This document shows, piece by piece, positions 25,101 through 37,781 of a stretch of 64,000 nucleotides of DNA. The position numbers and the translations under genes are program-made. Below the pieces are notes generated by a model, which searched no databases, was not told the DNA's origin, and saw nothing but the letters and a program-made list of their open reading frames with translations. Positions within the stretch are counted from its first letter, which is position 1. Each line of letters begins with the position of its first letter. Source of the stretch: Blasia pusilla (taxonomy: Eukaryota); contig CM114271.1 in assembly GCA_050084515.1 (NCBI GenBank), positions 43,772,001 through 43,836,000 on the forward strand, read 5' to 3'.

Positions 25101-27730
25101 TATTTGGTGGGATTAGCAGTGGTTTGGCTCCAATGTTGCACGCCGGTATTCCTGTGCGGAGATACGTGTATGTGGAGCAAGATGAGACGGCCGAGAGAGT
25201 CTCATTCCGACATATCGATCAGTTGATGCGGAGATATCCTGAGTTGTTGCCCCCATCAGCTATTTGTGGGTGCCAGCATGCTTTGCCGTCACACATTGCA
25301 TTCTTGGGGGCGCAGGATCTTGAGAGGGTTGGTCGTGTGGATTTGGTGATTTTTGGATGGCCATGTCAGGGTCATACACGTGCTGGTCGTTGTGAGGGAT
25401 TACAAGACCCTAGGTTTCGATGGTTTTGGGAGATGTTACGGGTGTTACAACATCTTCAGGTTCATCAGGCACGTGCTCCAGCTTACATTCTGGAGAATGT
25501 TCCATTGTTGGATGACACTCGGACCCGGATGATGGCGAGTGTTCATGAGGTGCGGTCTTGGATTGGACCAACCGTGTTGTTGGATGCAGCGCGAGTTGGC
25601 TTGTGTGCACATCGTCCACGCTTGTGATGGATAAACTTATTGCCTAGGGAGGTTCTTCGTCGAGCATATGATGCAGTGCAGCGGGATGCTTGCCTTACAA
25701 TGGATAGTATCTTGGATACTGGGCGACTTTCTCAAGTGGTGAGGGTTATTGATCGGTCACCAATGGGAGTGGTGAACCGTGTGGGCCAGCCTAGGATGGC
25801 ACTACCCACATTTGTGAGTTTTTCCTCATCACATGCCTACAGGGAAGGTGGTGCCGTGCTTGTATGGGATTCTCATGTGCGACAGTTGGTGTAGCCTAAC
25901 GCTGATGAGAGAGAGCGTGCGATGGGATTTGCTACTAGTGTGACAGTGGTTGCTTCCATTTCTGAGGCTTCACGACGTCATGTGTTGGGTCAGGCCATGG
26001 ACCTAAATTGTTTGACCTGGATTTTGAGTCTTGGGATGGCCGAGCAGCGTCAACTTTGGACTATGTCTATGGGTCTTCCACCCCTTGTGATGAGCTCGAT
26101 GGCTACAGGGACGGTAGAGACATCGGCTGGGGGCGAGGAGAATAGTATTTTGCATCCTTGGAGTAAATGGGATGTAATGGCTGGGCATGTGGAGTTGGTT
26201 GCTCAAGCTGGTGGAGGAGTTATTTGCTCAGATGATGGTGTAGCTAAGGGTGTACCATCTTGTGAGGGGGTTGCCTAGCAGCCAATAGCGTCGTCCTCTC
26301 CCTCTAGTGTGCCAGTGGAGGAGACTTGGGAGCCATTACTTGGGCCCAAGCTTAGGGGAGGTGAGAAGCGACGCTTGACACAATTCCTACCTGCTTATAG
26401 GAGTTGTTTTGCCTTTAGCATGAAGGAGTTGGGTGCTTTGGTTGGACCCGATATACGGATTGATTTGGCTAGTGATTCGCCAATCTCCCGTCGTCCCTAC
26501 CGATATAGTGATATGGAGAGGGACCTGATTCAGAGTAGGACGTTGGACCTTTTGGAAGTTGGATTAGTGGAGTTGTCGCATGGAGAGTATGCATCAGCCA
26601 CTGTCATGCATGCTAAAAAGGATGTGCATGGCAACTACACGGATAGGTGGATGTGTGGAGATTACCGTCCTATCAATCGACAGACCAAGGCTGATAGGTA
26701 TGCCATGCCTACACCTGAGGAGATCTTTGATGTGGTGGGACAGGCAAAGATTTCCAGTACTTTGGATCTTCGGGCATGATACCATGAGTTTCCAATTCAA
26801 GAGAGTGACAAGGCCAAGACAACATTTTGGGGTGTCAACTCTCATGGCAAGGATTGTTTGTACCAGTGGAAATTCTTACCCTTTGGGTTGAAGAATGCAC
26901 CTGCCGAGTTTCAGAGAGTGATGGACAGGATTCTAGCAGTGTTGGATTTTGTTCGGTGTTACATTGATGATATCTTGGTGTTCACTAACACGGTGGAGGA
27001 GCATCAGATACATTTGTAGATTGTGTTTGAGCGGTTGAAAGCTCATGGTCTATGTTTGCATCCAGGAAAGTGTAAGTTCTTCCATGAGGATGTTGAGTCC
27101 TTGGGTCATGTGATCTATCTAGGTGGTTTGGGAGTTCAGCAAGCAAAGGTGGAGGCTATTGCATTTATTCCTCGTCCGGTAGATGTGAGAAGAGTTCGGG
27201 CATTCATGGGATTGGCGAACTACTATCGGAGGTATGTGAAGGGATTTAGTGCTATGGCAAAGCCTTTGAAGCAATTGCTGAAATCAGATCAGGAGTGGCA
27301 CTGGGAAGATGATCAGGAGAGAGCTTTTGTGGAGCTCAAGGCCCAGTTGGTGACGGCGCCTATCTTGAGGAGACCTATCAGAGGGCGCCTATTTCAGTTA
27401 CACACTGATTGGATTCGGTTGGGACTTCGAGCGGTGTTGACACAACATGATGATGAGCACATGGAGTTTGTGGTGGCCTATGCAAGTCGTTCGAATAATG
27501 CAGCGGAGTCGCGCTATAGTTCATATGAGGGAGAGTGCTTGGTAGTAGTATGGGCTGTGGCACACTTTAGGTGTTACTTATTTGGCACACACTTTACCCT
27601 TGTTACTGATCACCAGCCGCTCAAGTGGTTGATGGAGTCTGACAAGCTTACAGGGAAGCTTGCAGGGTGGGCTCTTATCTTACAGGAGTATGACTTCAAG
27701 GTGGTACATAGACTTCTAGGCGTGTTCTAG
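22200..27730 (+). mobile_element. Ty3/Gypsy retrotransposon polyprotein remnant: Gag-ZnK-protease-C5 DNA methyltransferase-RT-RNase H, truncated before integrase
   Basis: Eleven ORF pieces (22220, 22571, 23009, 23612, 23966, 24503, 24944, 25640, 25922, 26309, 27023) are all in the same frame. Motifs: CCHC-like knuckles at about 23320-23480; LLDSGA protease at about 24350; RT CGDYRPIN, PFGLKNAP and YIDDILV at about 26960; RNase H LHTDW..YASRS..VTDHQPL. No LTR was recognised. Confidence 0.95.
25082..26030 (+). pseudogene. C5-cytosine DNA methyltransferase domain inside the retrotransposon pol
   Basis: Motifs in canonical order: I VLDLFGGISSG, II YVEQD, IV DLVIFGWPCQG, VI YILENV, VIII AHRPRL*W, IX PNADERERAMGF, X RRHVLGQAMD. 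There are two in-frame stops (25625, 25892). Confidence 0.92.
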
Positions 27731-28124
27731 TTTCAGTGTTCTCCAACCTTGGGAGTCCTTTCTTGGTACTTCCAATGTGTTACCCCAACTTATGTTCATG
27801 AATTATATGTTCATCTCCTTGTGGAGAAACTCATTAGAAAAAAGGTTATTGACACATTTTGAAACCCTACTTAAGCTAAGTACATATGAACTCCCAACAC
27901 TACTATCAAAATGGTCACTTGTTAGAGACTTGATGCAGAGAGATTAATGGAGTACAAATGCCACTAGAAAAATGCGTCAATGTTATGTCGCTCTTACATA
28001 TTTGATTGAACCACAATGAAGCAAGGAGAAAACTAGTGGGTGCTAGAGACAAGATGCATACAAAAAGAATCCATGATCCAAATGTGCATGGCATTTTAAC
28101 GTGTTAAGGAATTTTTGATAAGAA

Positions 28125-28400
28125 GTGAAGAATGTTAAAAAGACTTATGGAACTTTCATGAAATCCACCATGGGCTATCTATACCAAAGAGCAAGTTTTT
28201 TTAAACTAATAAGACTTTTAGAATGCTAAAATTATTCATTGATTGTAGTGGAATCTACCATGGGCTATCTATACCTAAAGGAGGCTTTTAGTTATGAAGT
28301 GTAGAATGTTGAAAAAGACTTACGGACCTTGTGTGGACTCCACCAAATGTTATCTACACTAAAGAGAAGCTTTTAACCAAAAAGTAGTCTTAGAGTGACT
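28125..28400. repeat. Degenerate tandem repeat, about 3 units of ~85 bp
   Basis: Recurring AGAATG..AAAA..CTTA..GA..TT..TGGAATCCACCATGGGCTATCTATAC.AAAG. Confidence 0.7.
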
Positions 28401-30294
28401 GAACTCCTTCTACCTCCACACGGACCTTCTTTCTCACAATACACATTTAGCATTAGATGGAGACACATAATTTATTTGCTTGGAGGAGGACCAAATTTAT
28501 TTCAAACATGGGATAAGTGGTCAGGTTAAATCCTTATTGTTATTATTTTCTTAAACTTGGAACTTGAGTGAAGATTTCCAACAAGTGGGGTTGCTCCTAA
28601 TTATTAAATCTCCAAAAATATTTCATTCCTCAAATTAACTACAAATGGACCCAAACCAAGGGTAAAACTATGTTTGTAAGTTACCCAACTCTTCCATCGG
28701 TAATCTATGACCAATTGGGCTCAACTTGCCATTTCTCGCAAAGTTTCTCACGAGAGAATCTTCCTTCCACTACAAAAGATATGACATTGTTAAGAGAACC
28801 ATGTTGTCTAGTATGACCAATTTTGGAAAGTTCCCTATTTGGAGATATTTAGAATTATATTTATAGATTTTGATCCTTAACCTACTATGATAGGTTAGGA
28901 ATCAAGGAGTTAACCCTTGTGCGTAGGTCAAGTTACGCACCAGGGAGAGGGATGGGGAGAAAAAGGGTAATATGGTAGACCTCAAGGAGAGAGAACTTGG
29001 GAGCTCATTCTCTCTTTGGTAACCTCCTTGCATGAGGCGAAAAAACTATTTATGGTGCTCCTTGCCTAGTGAGTAGTCCCATCCTCTCTTCATGATATAT
29101 ATATATATTGGAGGCTAAATACCACTTGATACATAAACCATATTTGAGATTCAAGGTTATGTTGAGTAAATAAGGGTAAAATTTTTAATGTTAAATAATT
29201 TTTTTATGTTGATTTCATTAAGTATTATAAATTAATGAAATGAATTCTATGTCTAATTTAGGCCTACTACTTTTCGAGTCTTGATTTTCCAATGAACAAT
29301 TTTTTGCTCGTTTTGCAAGATGATGCTACTGAGTACTTTGTAAGTAATCTAGATTTTACGGATCCATTGTGACTATTGTGGAATTACGAGTTCTAAGGCT
29401 TGTAAAAGATTTGTATTGTGGTTTGCAAGTGGAGTATGCAAACAACCGATACTTTGTGAATGTTGTTTATGTGTGGAGAATATTTTCTCAACTATTAACA
29501 ACCCCTGCAAGTAGTACTCCAAGACTCACTCACTATCATTGCTTCCACTTCTCAAGTGAGTGTAGTGCTTATAGAAGAATTCTAGCAAGGCAAGAATCCT
29601 GCTTCCCTCTCCATCAATCATTAGATCTCACTTACTACACATAGGTACCTTCATGATAGTGAAGGTTTAGAAAATAACTATGAATCATTTAATTAGTTTT
29701 TTTCTTGATTTGCCCATTTTCTTCCCTCCTTCCCCTTTGTAGGCTTCTCTCAAACTCTTCTATGAAAAAAGGTTGGAAGGAGGCAAATAAGAATATGCAT
29801 AAGAGAAGGAATGAAACATGGATGGAAGGAAGGAATACAAAGAAAGTTGGAGGAAAGAAGGAAGGAAAAAAAGTTGGAGGAAAGAAAGAAGGAAATCTAG
29901 TTGATGCAAGAGATATAAGCTATCAATCCAACAAGACTTGACATGTGCGTATCACAAGCATACCCCTAATTAGACTAATTATTAGAAGGAAATCTAAATT
30001 GTTTGGATTAGTTTTGAGTAAGACTTTAAGTAATCAAAAGAACTACATGCTTTTGAGATATTTTAGAAACTTTAAGAGTCTTTGGCAACGTATGAAGGGA
30101 TATTCCTTCCTATTATGAGGTAATTTTTATATGCTCCCATTAAGGACACTAATATTGAACGATCCTACCTACTTGAGGAAAAATCCCAATGTTCATAAAG
30201 AAAGAGTAAGAATTTTTTTTAAATTTATTGTTTTGAAGTGCACAAGTAGTTACATTTAAAAATAACGAACACTTAGATTTCTCTTAAAATCTAA

Positions 30295-30440
30295 ATTTAT
30301 ATTATTATTGGAAAGTGTCCTTTCGTTTTTCAAACTCCTCTCCTCTTGACACTTGGCGCTCTTAGCCAAAAGGATTGCTCGTCTTATGAGCCCATAGGAG
30401 GGTCGAAATTGATTTCAAATGGTACTTGATAATTTTAAAA
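30295..30440 (-). mobile_element. Inverted homolog of the 11.9-12.2 kb repeat
   Basis: Its reverse complement aligns by eye to 11925-12010 and 12105-12175. Confidence 0.6.
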
Positions 30441-32312
30441 ATTAACTATTATTGCGGAAGGTAATTTAACTATGACATTTAATTTGGACATGGACTTACA
30501 CTAGTTTGTAATAGCGTTACATGTCAAAAGAAGAATAAAGAAAGAAGGAGACATGACGGGATGAATTTATTTGTGTGGGGAATAAGGGAAAGTGGAATTT
30601 TATTTTTTTCAAATGAAGAGGTGGAAATCTAACACATAATTCTCCCAATTTTAAAAAAAGGGAAATTTTCTGAAACTGAAAAGAAATTTTTTCTTATCCC
30701 GAAAGAAGTAATTGCATTAAAAATAATCCCCAAAGGAAAACAAGGATTGTGAAATGGAATTTTGAATGAAAAGAGGAGTAGTAAGGAACTATAAGAGATG
30801 CAACTATCATTTTTCCAAAATGAAAAGTTATTTCTTGCGCTCATCACATGTGCGTATACACACTCTTATTGCGATAATCATAGCCGTGGTGGGTGTGCTT
30901 TGGAGATTCTATCGTGCCGTGAGATGCCTCTAGAGGTCGAGGGACTTTGACATCGAGGTGGATGCTTCGTAACATCGATGAAAGCGTCGTAACTTTGCCC
31001 ACAATTCTCGTGATCATTTTCCATGTTCTCTTTTCGCCAGAGGGAAGTTTTATCTTGGAGCATAGTGTGCAGAGGCCGCAAAAAGAGTTAGGAGAGATTT
31101 CGCTCCACACTAATGGCGTGGAACTTGAGCTTCCTCTCGATATCATGGGGCGGACAGCCCGATTCCTGTCATTCCCTTCCCCTCATATTGCAGAAAGAGA
31201 GGTGCTGCATCCACATCTTGCTCTGTCCACCTGCCATATCATATCTGCGGCTACGCACCTCAAGGAGTGGAGAATGATGTGTGCTCATATGGAGTGCGCA
31301 AAGCGCAGGAAAGTGGGCGGGGAATCCGAAAGAATATGATCCGAAAGATGCGGGCTCTTAATGAATGCGGAAGGGGAAGCGGAAGCTTAAGCTGAAGAAT
31401 CCCGGACGCAATAATGATAATATGACACGGCAGAAATGTAGCGAGGCGGAGGCGCGCCGGGCTCCGGAATGTCGTATTGCGAGCCGGATTGTTTAGTAAT
31501 AGATGGATAGGGCCAGGATCAGGACTGGCAGCAGCAGCAGACGGAGGGGGAGGAGGAGGAAATCCATGGTGGGTGGGTCGCTCAAATTCGGAGCCAATCG
31601 ATGACGAGGACTTGATTTCCCACAGCCGCGAAAGATGATAATCGTGACCTCGTGGTGCGACGGGTTTGTCGGCATTGTCCTGCTGCTGAGCGGGTCCGAC
31701 TAGTCTGTCGGCTTCCGTGGGCCCCTTTGACTCCGGTGGCCCGATGGAAGGGGGATCAGTGCTTTGTTTGATCGGAGATGGAAAGCGAGGAAGGAGAAGA
31801 GGGAGATGCGGCGGGAGCAGGATGGGAAGAGAGGAAACCTGTGAATCGGTCGGGAGATCGTCTGCGGAGAGCATCGGTGCGTGCTCGCCACTCCCAGTCG
31901 CGACGCGTTTCTTACGCGACCTGCATTCTGTTGCGGATTCTTCTTCTGATTCTTTGTGCTAGCTTCGAGTGCGCTGAGAAACTGCTGGCTACTGCGGTGG
32001 GACTTCAGCGTTGGGCTTCCACAACGAAGCCAGTTTCTTTTTGTGGTGCTTCGGATCGTCGTGTAGCTGCTGGAGTGGCGGATCGTCTGTTTTCGCAAAT
32101 TTTGAAACCGAAACGATTGCGTGCAATCCGCTCTCAGGAGCAGTGGAATTTCCCGGTGTGATTGGATTGCGCCATTCCTGCCGATTTTTGTTCACATTTT
32201 ATCCGTACGCTGCTGTGTTCCGTGCGCCAGAGGTGTGTTAGGAGTACGAGGGCGAAGGGTGTACGAAGATTGTTATGGTAAGAGAAGACTAGGTGCGCAA
32301 GCAGGAACGGAG

Positions 32313-34768
32313 ATGGCTTCCATCAGAGCAGTAGCTATGGGTGTAGCACCTGCCTCGTTGACTTCTCTACACGAAGAGCACAGGCCTCATAGATTCGGGA
32401 GATATTGTCTGAGGAGCTCGTCTCTGTTCGGAGCTGGGTTAGATCTGCCAGTCTTGAGCCAAAATTTTCATTCTGTAGAAGCCGTGACACATCAGGGGGG
32501 CACGGCGCGCGCGCAAGGATCAGAGGATGGTGTTCCGCAGGTTCCTGCGAGCCACAAAATCAAGGTTGCCAGTCTCGCTGCCTTCGAGCAGCTGCGGAGC
32601 GCCAGCAACAACCGTAAGTTTTTTTCCGCACCTCGTCTCACACAGTACTTCCATCTGCACGTAGAATGAATGCACCATCGCACACCTGTTCTCTGGCTTT
32701 CTGTGGAAATCGTAGAGCTTTTCCTCGATCAATTCGCTTCGACCTCCACGTCTAGGATCGCATTCTCAGTGATGGCTTGTGTCACTGCGTCAAGTAGTCC
32801 AACATACGCAATTATCAAGAAATTGAGCCCTTCCAACCAATGTTGAGTCTGTCACCGCTCTGTTTCTTAAAAACCGCAGAAAGTTTCCATCCTCCGAATG
32901 GCCGCTTCTTACACTCAGACATACGATAAGTCTTTCCTTGCTCTTAACCCCTTGTACTATCGATGATGGGACGACATCCCGCCCTTCTCTATGGATTCAA
33001 CTGCCGTTACAGAGAATGATCGTATCCGTATCCTCGCTTTAGTTACTGTTAGACAAGCACTTGATATCCGTGAAATCACGCAGGAGGGATTGTGATTGCA
33101 GCGGTGGATTTGAGAAGATTTTCGTGCTTGTTAAACAGGGTACACAAGTGCGAAGAGCAGTATTTTGGTTTTGGGACTGAGTGTGCACACCGCTCCAGTT
33201 GAAATGCGTGAAAAGTTGGCTATACCAGAAGCAGAGTGGCCACGAGCGATCGGTGAACTTTGCGCTCAGAACCACATCGAGGAGGCTGCCGTGCTGAGCA
33301 CCTGTAACCGTATGGAGATCTACGTCGTGGCTCTTTCCTGGAACAGAGGGGTGCAAGAAGTCACTGAATGGATGTCCAAGGTAGCATTTCGTTTCCATCT
33401 CGAACAGTTCTGTTGGGTTGAGCATTGGCTTTATCCTTGTTTACTCCTGAGTTCTTCGTGAACAATTGGACGTACGAAGCCCTCGGAAGCAATGCAGTTC
33501 TATTTTTCCTTTCCATAATTGAGACGTTGGAGTTTTTTTTTCTCACATCTCCAAGTTATGAACGTCGAGCGGCAACAATTTGTGGGCCTGATCTTGCGAA
33601 ACATGAAATAAACTTTCCGTGATTGCAATTTGTGCAGACGAGCGGTATTCCGGTGGAGGAGCTGAGGGAGCATCTTTTTATTCTACGGGACCGTGATGCA
33701 ACACAACACTTGTTCAGGGTTTCCTCTGGCCTCGATTCTCTCGTGTTGGGGGAAGGCCAAATTCTTGCTCAGGTGAAGCAAGTCTACCAAGTCGGACAGT
33801 CGGCACCCGGATTTGGTCGGAATTTGAATGGCCTTTTCAAGCAAGCGATCACAGCTGGAAAGCGAGTGCGCTGTGAAACAAACATCTCCGCAGGAGCCGT
33901 GTCTGTGAGCTCTGCTGCTGTCGAGCTTGCTGTGATGAAGTTACCGGAGCAGGGAATCGCAAATTCCCGTGTTCTCATTGTGGGCGCAGGAAAAATGTCG
34001 AAGTTGCTGGTCAAGCATTTGATATCCAAAGGTTGCACCAAAATGGTGATTGTGAACAGGTCAGAGCAGCGCGTTCTCGATTTACAGGCAGAATTCTCTG
34101 GGGCTGAACTTGCTTACGAGCCCCTCACAGAAATGATCAGGTGTGCGGAGCACGCCAATGTCGTTTTCACCAGTACTGCATCTGATACCTGCTTATTCCT
34201 GAAGGAGCATGTGGAGAAGCTTTCTGCACCTCCTCAGTCACTAGGTGGCGTTCGGCATTTCATAGACATATCAGTCCCTAGAAATGTCGGTGCATGTGTA
34301 GCAGAGGTGCCCTCGGCCAAAGTCTACAACGTCGATGACTTGAAAGAGGTGGTCGCGGCCAACAAAGAGGACCGGAGGCGAAAGGCGTTGGATGCGCAGG
34401 TCATAATTGAAGATGAACTGAAAAGTTTCGATTCGTGGAGGGATTCACTAGAGACAGTCCCCACTATCAAGAAGCTCAGAGCCTATGCTGAAGCCATCAG
34501 GGCCTCGGAGCTGGAAAAGTGCGTGGGGAAAATGGGGGATGACGTGACGAGGAAAAACCGGAAGCTCATTGAAGAGCTGAGCCGGGGCATCGTGAACAAG
34601 TTGCTCCATGGGCCCATGCAACATCTGAGAAGTGACGGTTCTGATGCTCGGACTGTAAGCGAGACTTTAGAGAACATGTACGCACTAGAAAGAATGTTCG
34701 ATTTGAAAAATGATGTCAGCGCCTTGGAGCAGCAATTCCGGGCTGCTGCAGAGAAAGTATCTCAATAG
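32313..34768 (+). CDS. HEMA: Glutamyl-tRNA reductase, plastid-targeted (copy A); exons 32313-32613, 33139-33380, 33638-34768
   Basis: [16 protein letters not shown], catalytic [23 protein letters not shown]-binding GAGKM and DISVPRN are present. GT-AG junctions are phase-consistent. Exon 1 resembles a transit peptide. Confidence 0.97.
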
Positions 34769-37700
34769 TTCCTGAAAGTCCGAATCGGCGCAACAAATCG
34801 TCTTGTAGATTACTCTCACTCACCTGTTGTACATTTAGGAAAGTGCGATCTATGCCCTGGACCTGGGCAACTGTGCAATTATAGCATGTTAGGACAATCT
34901 TCTGCTGTCAGGAAGACAATTTCGTTTTCTACCCCAGCACTGACAACGCCCCGTTGCCTTGTGCGGAGAATGCATAAATCACATCCTCAACCCCAAGTTG
35001 GTCTTCAACACTAGAGCCATGGGATATTCTTGCGTGAGGGGCTCAAAGAAATCATGGATTAAGAATGTCTCGAGTGCGCCTTTGTATGCGCACTGCATTT
35101 TCAACCACAAATAACTTCAAATTTGGTAAACTCGTCTCTCTGGAGGTGTACTGTCGTCTCAGCTATTAGTGCTGTCTCTGGATTTTCGCGAATGTTAAGC
35201 ATGCTTTCTTATTTACGTGCTCTGTTTCCAAGTTCGCCGCATGAAACCACAAGCGTCGCTTGCTTGATATCAGAAGGCCCACCCTCTTCGTCTCGACTCG
35301 GGTTGGAAGGCATCCTGAAACTTAGTCGGAAGAACCTAAAACTATATCGACCTTTGCCGTCACCACAGCAAGGGAAGAAGGGTTGTCGTGTGCCTCTAAG
35401 GTTTGTGTCTATTTCACTATGGTTGGATGACAGGTTTCCTCGAAAAAAAAGAGGCCTGACTCAATAGAAAGGGGGTGATGGCAAACGGGTGAGAGGAAAC
35501 CCATCCAGAATTCGTAGAGTAGAGAACGTGAAGGTCATAATCAACTATTGCACTCATTTGTGGTTATATGTCACATACTTAAATCTTTTTGTTGTTGAAT
35601 TGCAAGGCCTTCCATCCTACTCCGCTTGCAAGCCTCTAGAGATGCCTCAATGTTCATACGATCCATTTCAAATCTTCACCATGTGCTTTTGCAAAGAATC
35701 AAGCCTCTGTCCGTTGTCCCATAGTGGCTTTGGCACTTCACCATTTTGCTGCTTTTGCATCAGTTCTAACTAATTTTCAGCCACACTAGTCATATCTTTG
35801 CGAATGAGATGAATTTTAATCTTACGTGTCCAAAAAAAATTTCCATCTCTATCCATTCTATGAGACTTGCTATAGGATGGTGCCAATAATTTTTACCTCA
35901 ATTATACTCTGTAAGCAACTCTTTTGTCAATACTCTTGTATATAATTCATTCTTCTCTACATGCTCAAATTTTATTCTCCAACATTATTACTATGCATTT
36001 CTCACTCTATCCAAGGCTTTGAGGTTAAAGTTGCCTTCAAACCGAATTCATTTTTGGAGTATTGTAGTGACATGCTCCGATTATATTCTTTTAAAAATAA
36101 GTACCAATGTTTGCCCACTAGAATTGTATCAACATGAGAAGGTTTCTGTGCAGAGAAAGTATTATAAGAAGTTAACAATGTCACAACTTAAGCAAATGCG
36201 TCAAAGCAACCCTCCTCCACTTACTTCACGTGCAAAATTAGCTTTATGGTGATGCTATGTTCTACAAAATAAGTTATTAGATTTGCTCACTACATGGTAG
36301 AGGGCATTCATTTGCATCCTTGCCAGCAGGATTTTATTATCACTTCTACATTGCAGATTAGGGTTCATCGGACCACATTCCCCCACTCAATAGTCTTATT
36401 AGTTTATGTTTGATTATGAGGAAAGTTCTATATCTCATATTTTTCCTTCTTTGATCATATATTCAGTTCAACACATTTTCCCCCTAGGAAGTAGGGTTGA
36501 AGATAATCCAACACAACTCACATATGAGTTTCTATTTTTTATTCCATATGTGATTGCTCAATGGGGTTCAAACCAGAAATTTTATTCATCATTGTTTGCA
36601 CTTGTTCAACGTACATTTTCTATTTGAAGATACTATTTTGCCACAATGCATGACCCTATGAGTTTCTCCTCAAGTTAATTTTGTAGTGAGCAGCAAGAGA
36701 TTATCATGCTTACAATTTCATTCACATAGTTATTTAGTATCAGCAAACACTACTACAATTTTATGCCATGCACTTTTATTCAACCTACTACCGTACATGG
36801 TAAATAAAGTTCATGCATTCAACCAAAACATACCACTAGTTTTCGTTAAAAGTGTTCATCATGTAATGGCTCAAAAAGAAACATCACTTTATACTTCTGC
36901 CAACCTTTTACTACATTCCTATTAAGTGGAGTCTTGCTTGCTTCCCTTCCAAAGTAACATCGCCTACTATCCTTTCGAGTCCCATTACCCATATTTCCAC
37001 TTGGGAAAATACTACTCAATTGGAGCAATATTGGAAGGCTCCATTCTACATTGCAATCATGTCTATCGCTTCCCAATGGGCAACTTTTCAGCTCATCAAA
37101 TCCCATTTTCTACATGCCCTAATCTTAACTTTCCAAAATTGGTTGCACCACTCTCACTACTTGTGCACAAGCAATTACTCTCAAAACCCCAAATTTATTC
37201 TAGGCCACAAACTTGTTTAAAATTTTGAGACAAAAAAATTTGAACTTAGTAACTAAACCTGGTTTTTCATTTTCCATGGCATGTATGCATAACTTATCCA
37301 AAAGGAAAGAGACTATGACATATGATAATACCACGTGGTACATGAATGTATAATTTCCAATTACCCATCCTAAGTGTGGGATCCTATTGACTTAGACATC
37401 AAACGATGGTGTTAACTAAAAGGGACATGTGTTAAAAAGAGAAGTGACCTCAAAATACAGATGCTTCTCGGTGTAAGATAATTTTGTAAGAAAAAATGTG
37501 AAAGGTTTCAGACTTCAAGAACGGATGACGCTTTTGATAAGATGATATTCAAAATGAAGTAAGTTTTTAATGTTCATGAAAAGTAGTCCTTGGGATCGAT
37601 TTGAGATGGAACGATTGAGCTCGAGCTGCAATCTCGGAGATCGTCCCATTGCGTCACGACAGATGAGATCACGTTTTTATGGGATCACTCGAGCTCTTGC

Positions 37701-37781
37701 TCAACTTACATGCTAACCTCCCAAATCTTCTGAAGTTGTTCCTCAGGAGAAACGGTAATCAATGGACGAGAAATAGTTGGT

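Noticed and set aside
24944-26030. A functional host or horizontally acquired bacterial DNA methyltransferase gene
   Set aside because: It has in-frame stops, no introns and no separate start. It is embedded in frame between the retroviral protease and RT, and is repeated at the same position in a second element.
2612-27730. A functional epigenetic gene cluster (CLSY-like gene plus retro-DNMT)
   Set aside because: All retroelement copies here are dead and scattered in both orientations. Nothing in the sequence links them to the remodeller beyond proximity.
31260-32241. Several overlapping ORFs upstream of HEMA-A (and similarly 45978-46954 upstream of HEMA-B)
   Set aside because: This is GC-rich promoter/5' UTR sequence giving low-complexity ORFs on both strands, with no recognisable domains.
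35450-37450. Possible DNA transposase remnant between HEMA-A and the unknown gene
   Set aside because: It is AT-rich and TE-like, but I could not identify a diagnostic motif or termini.
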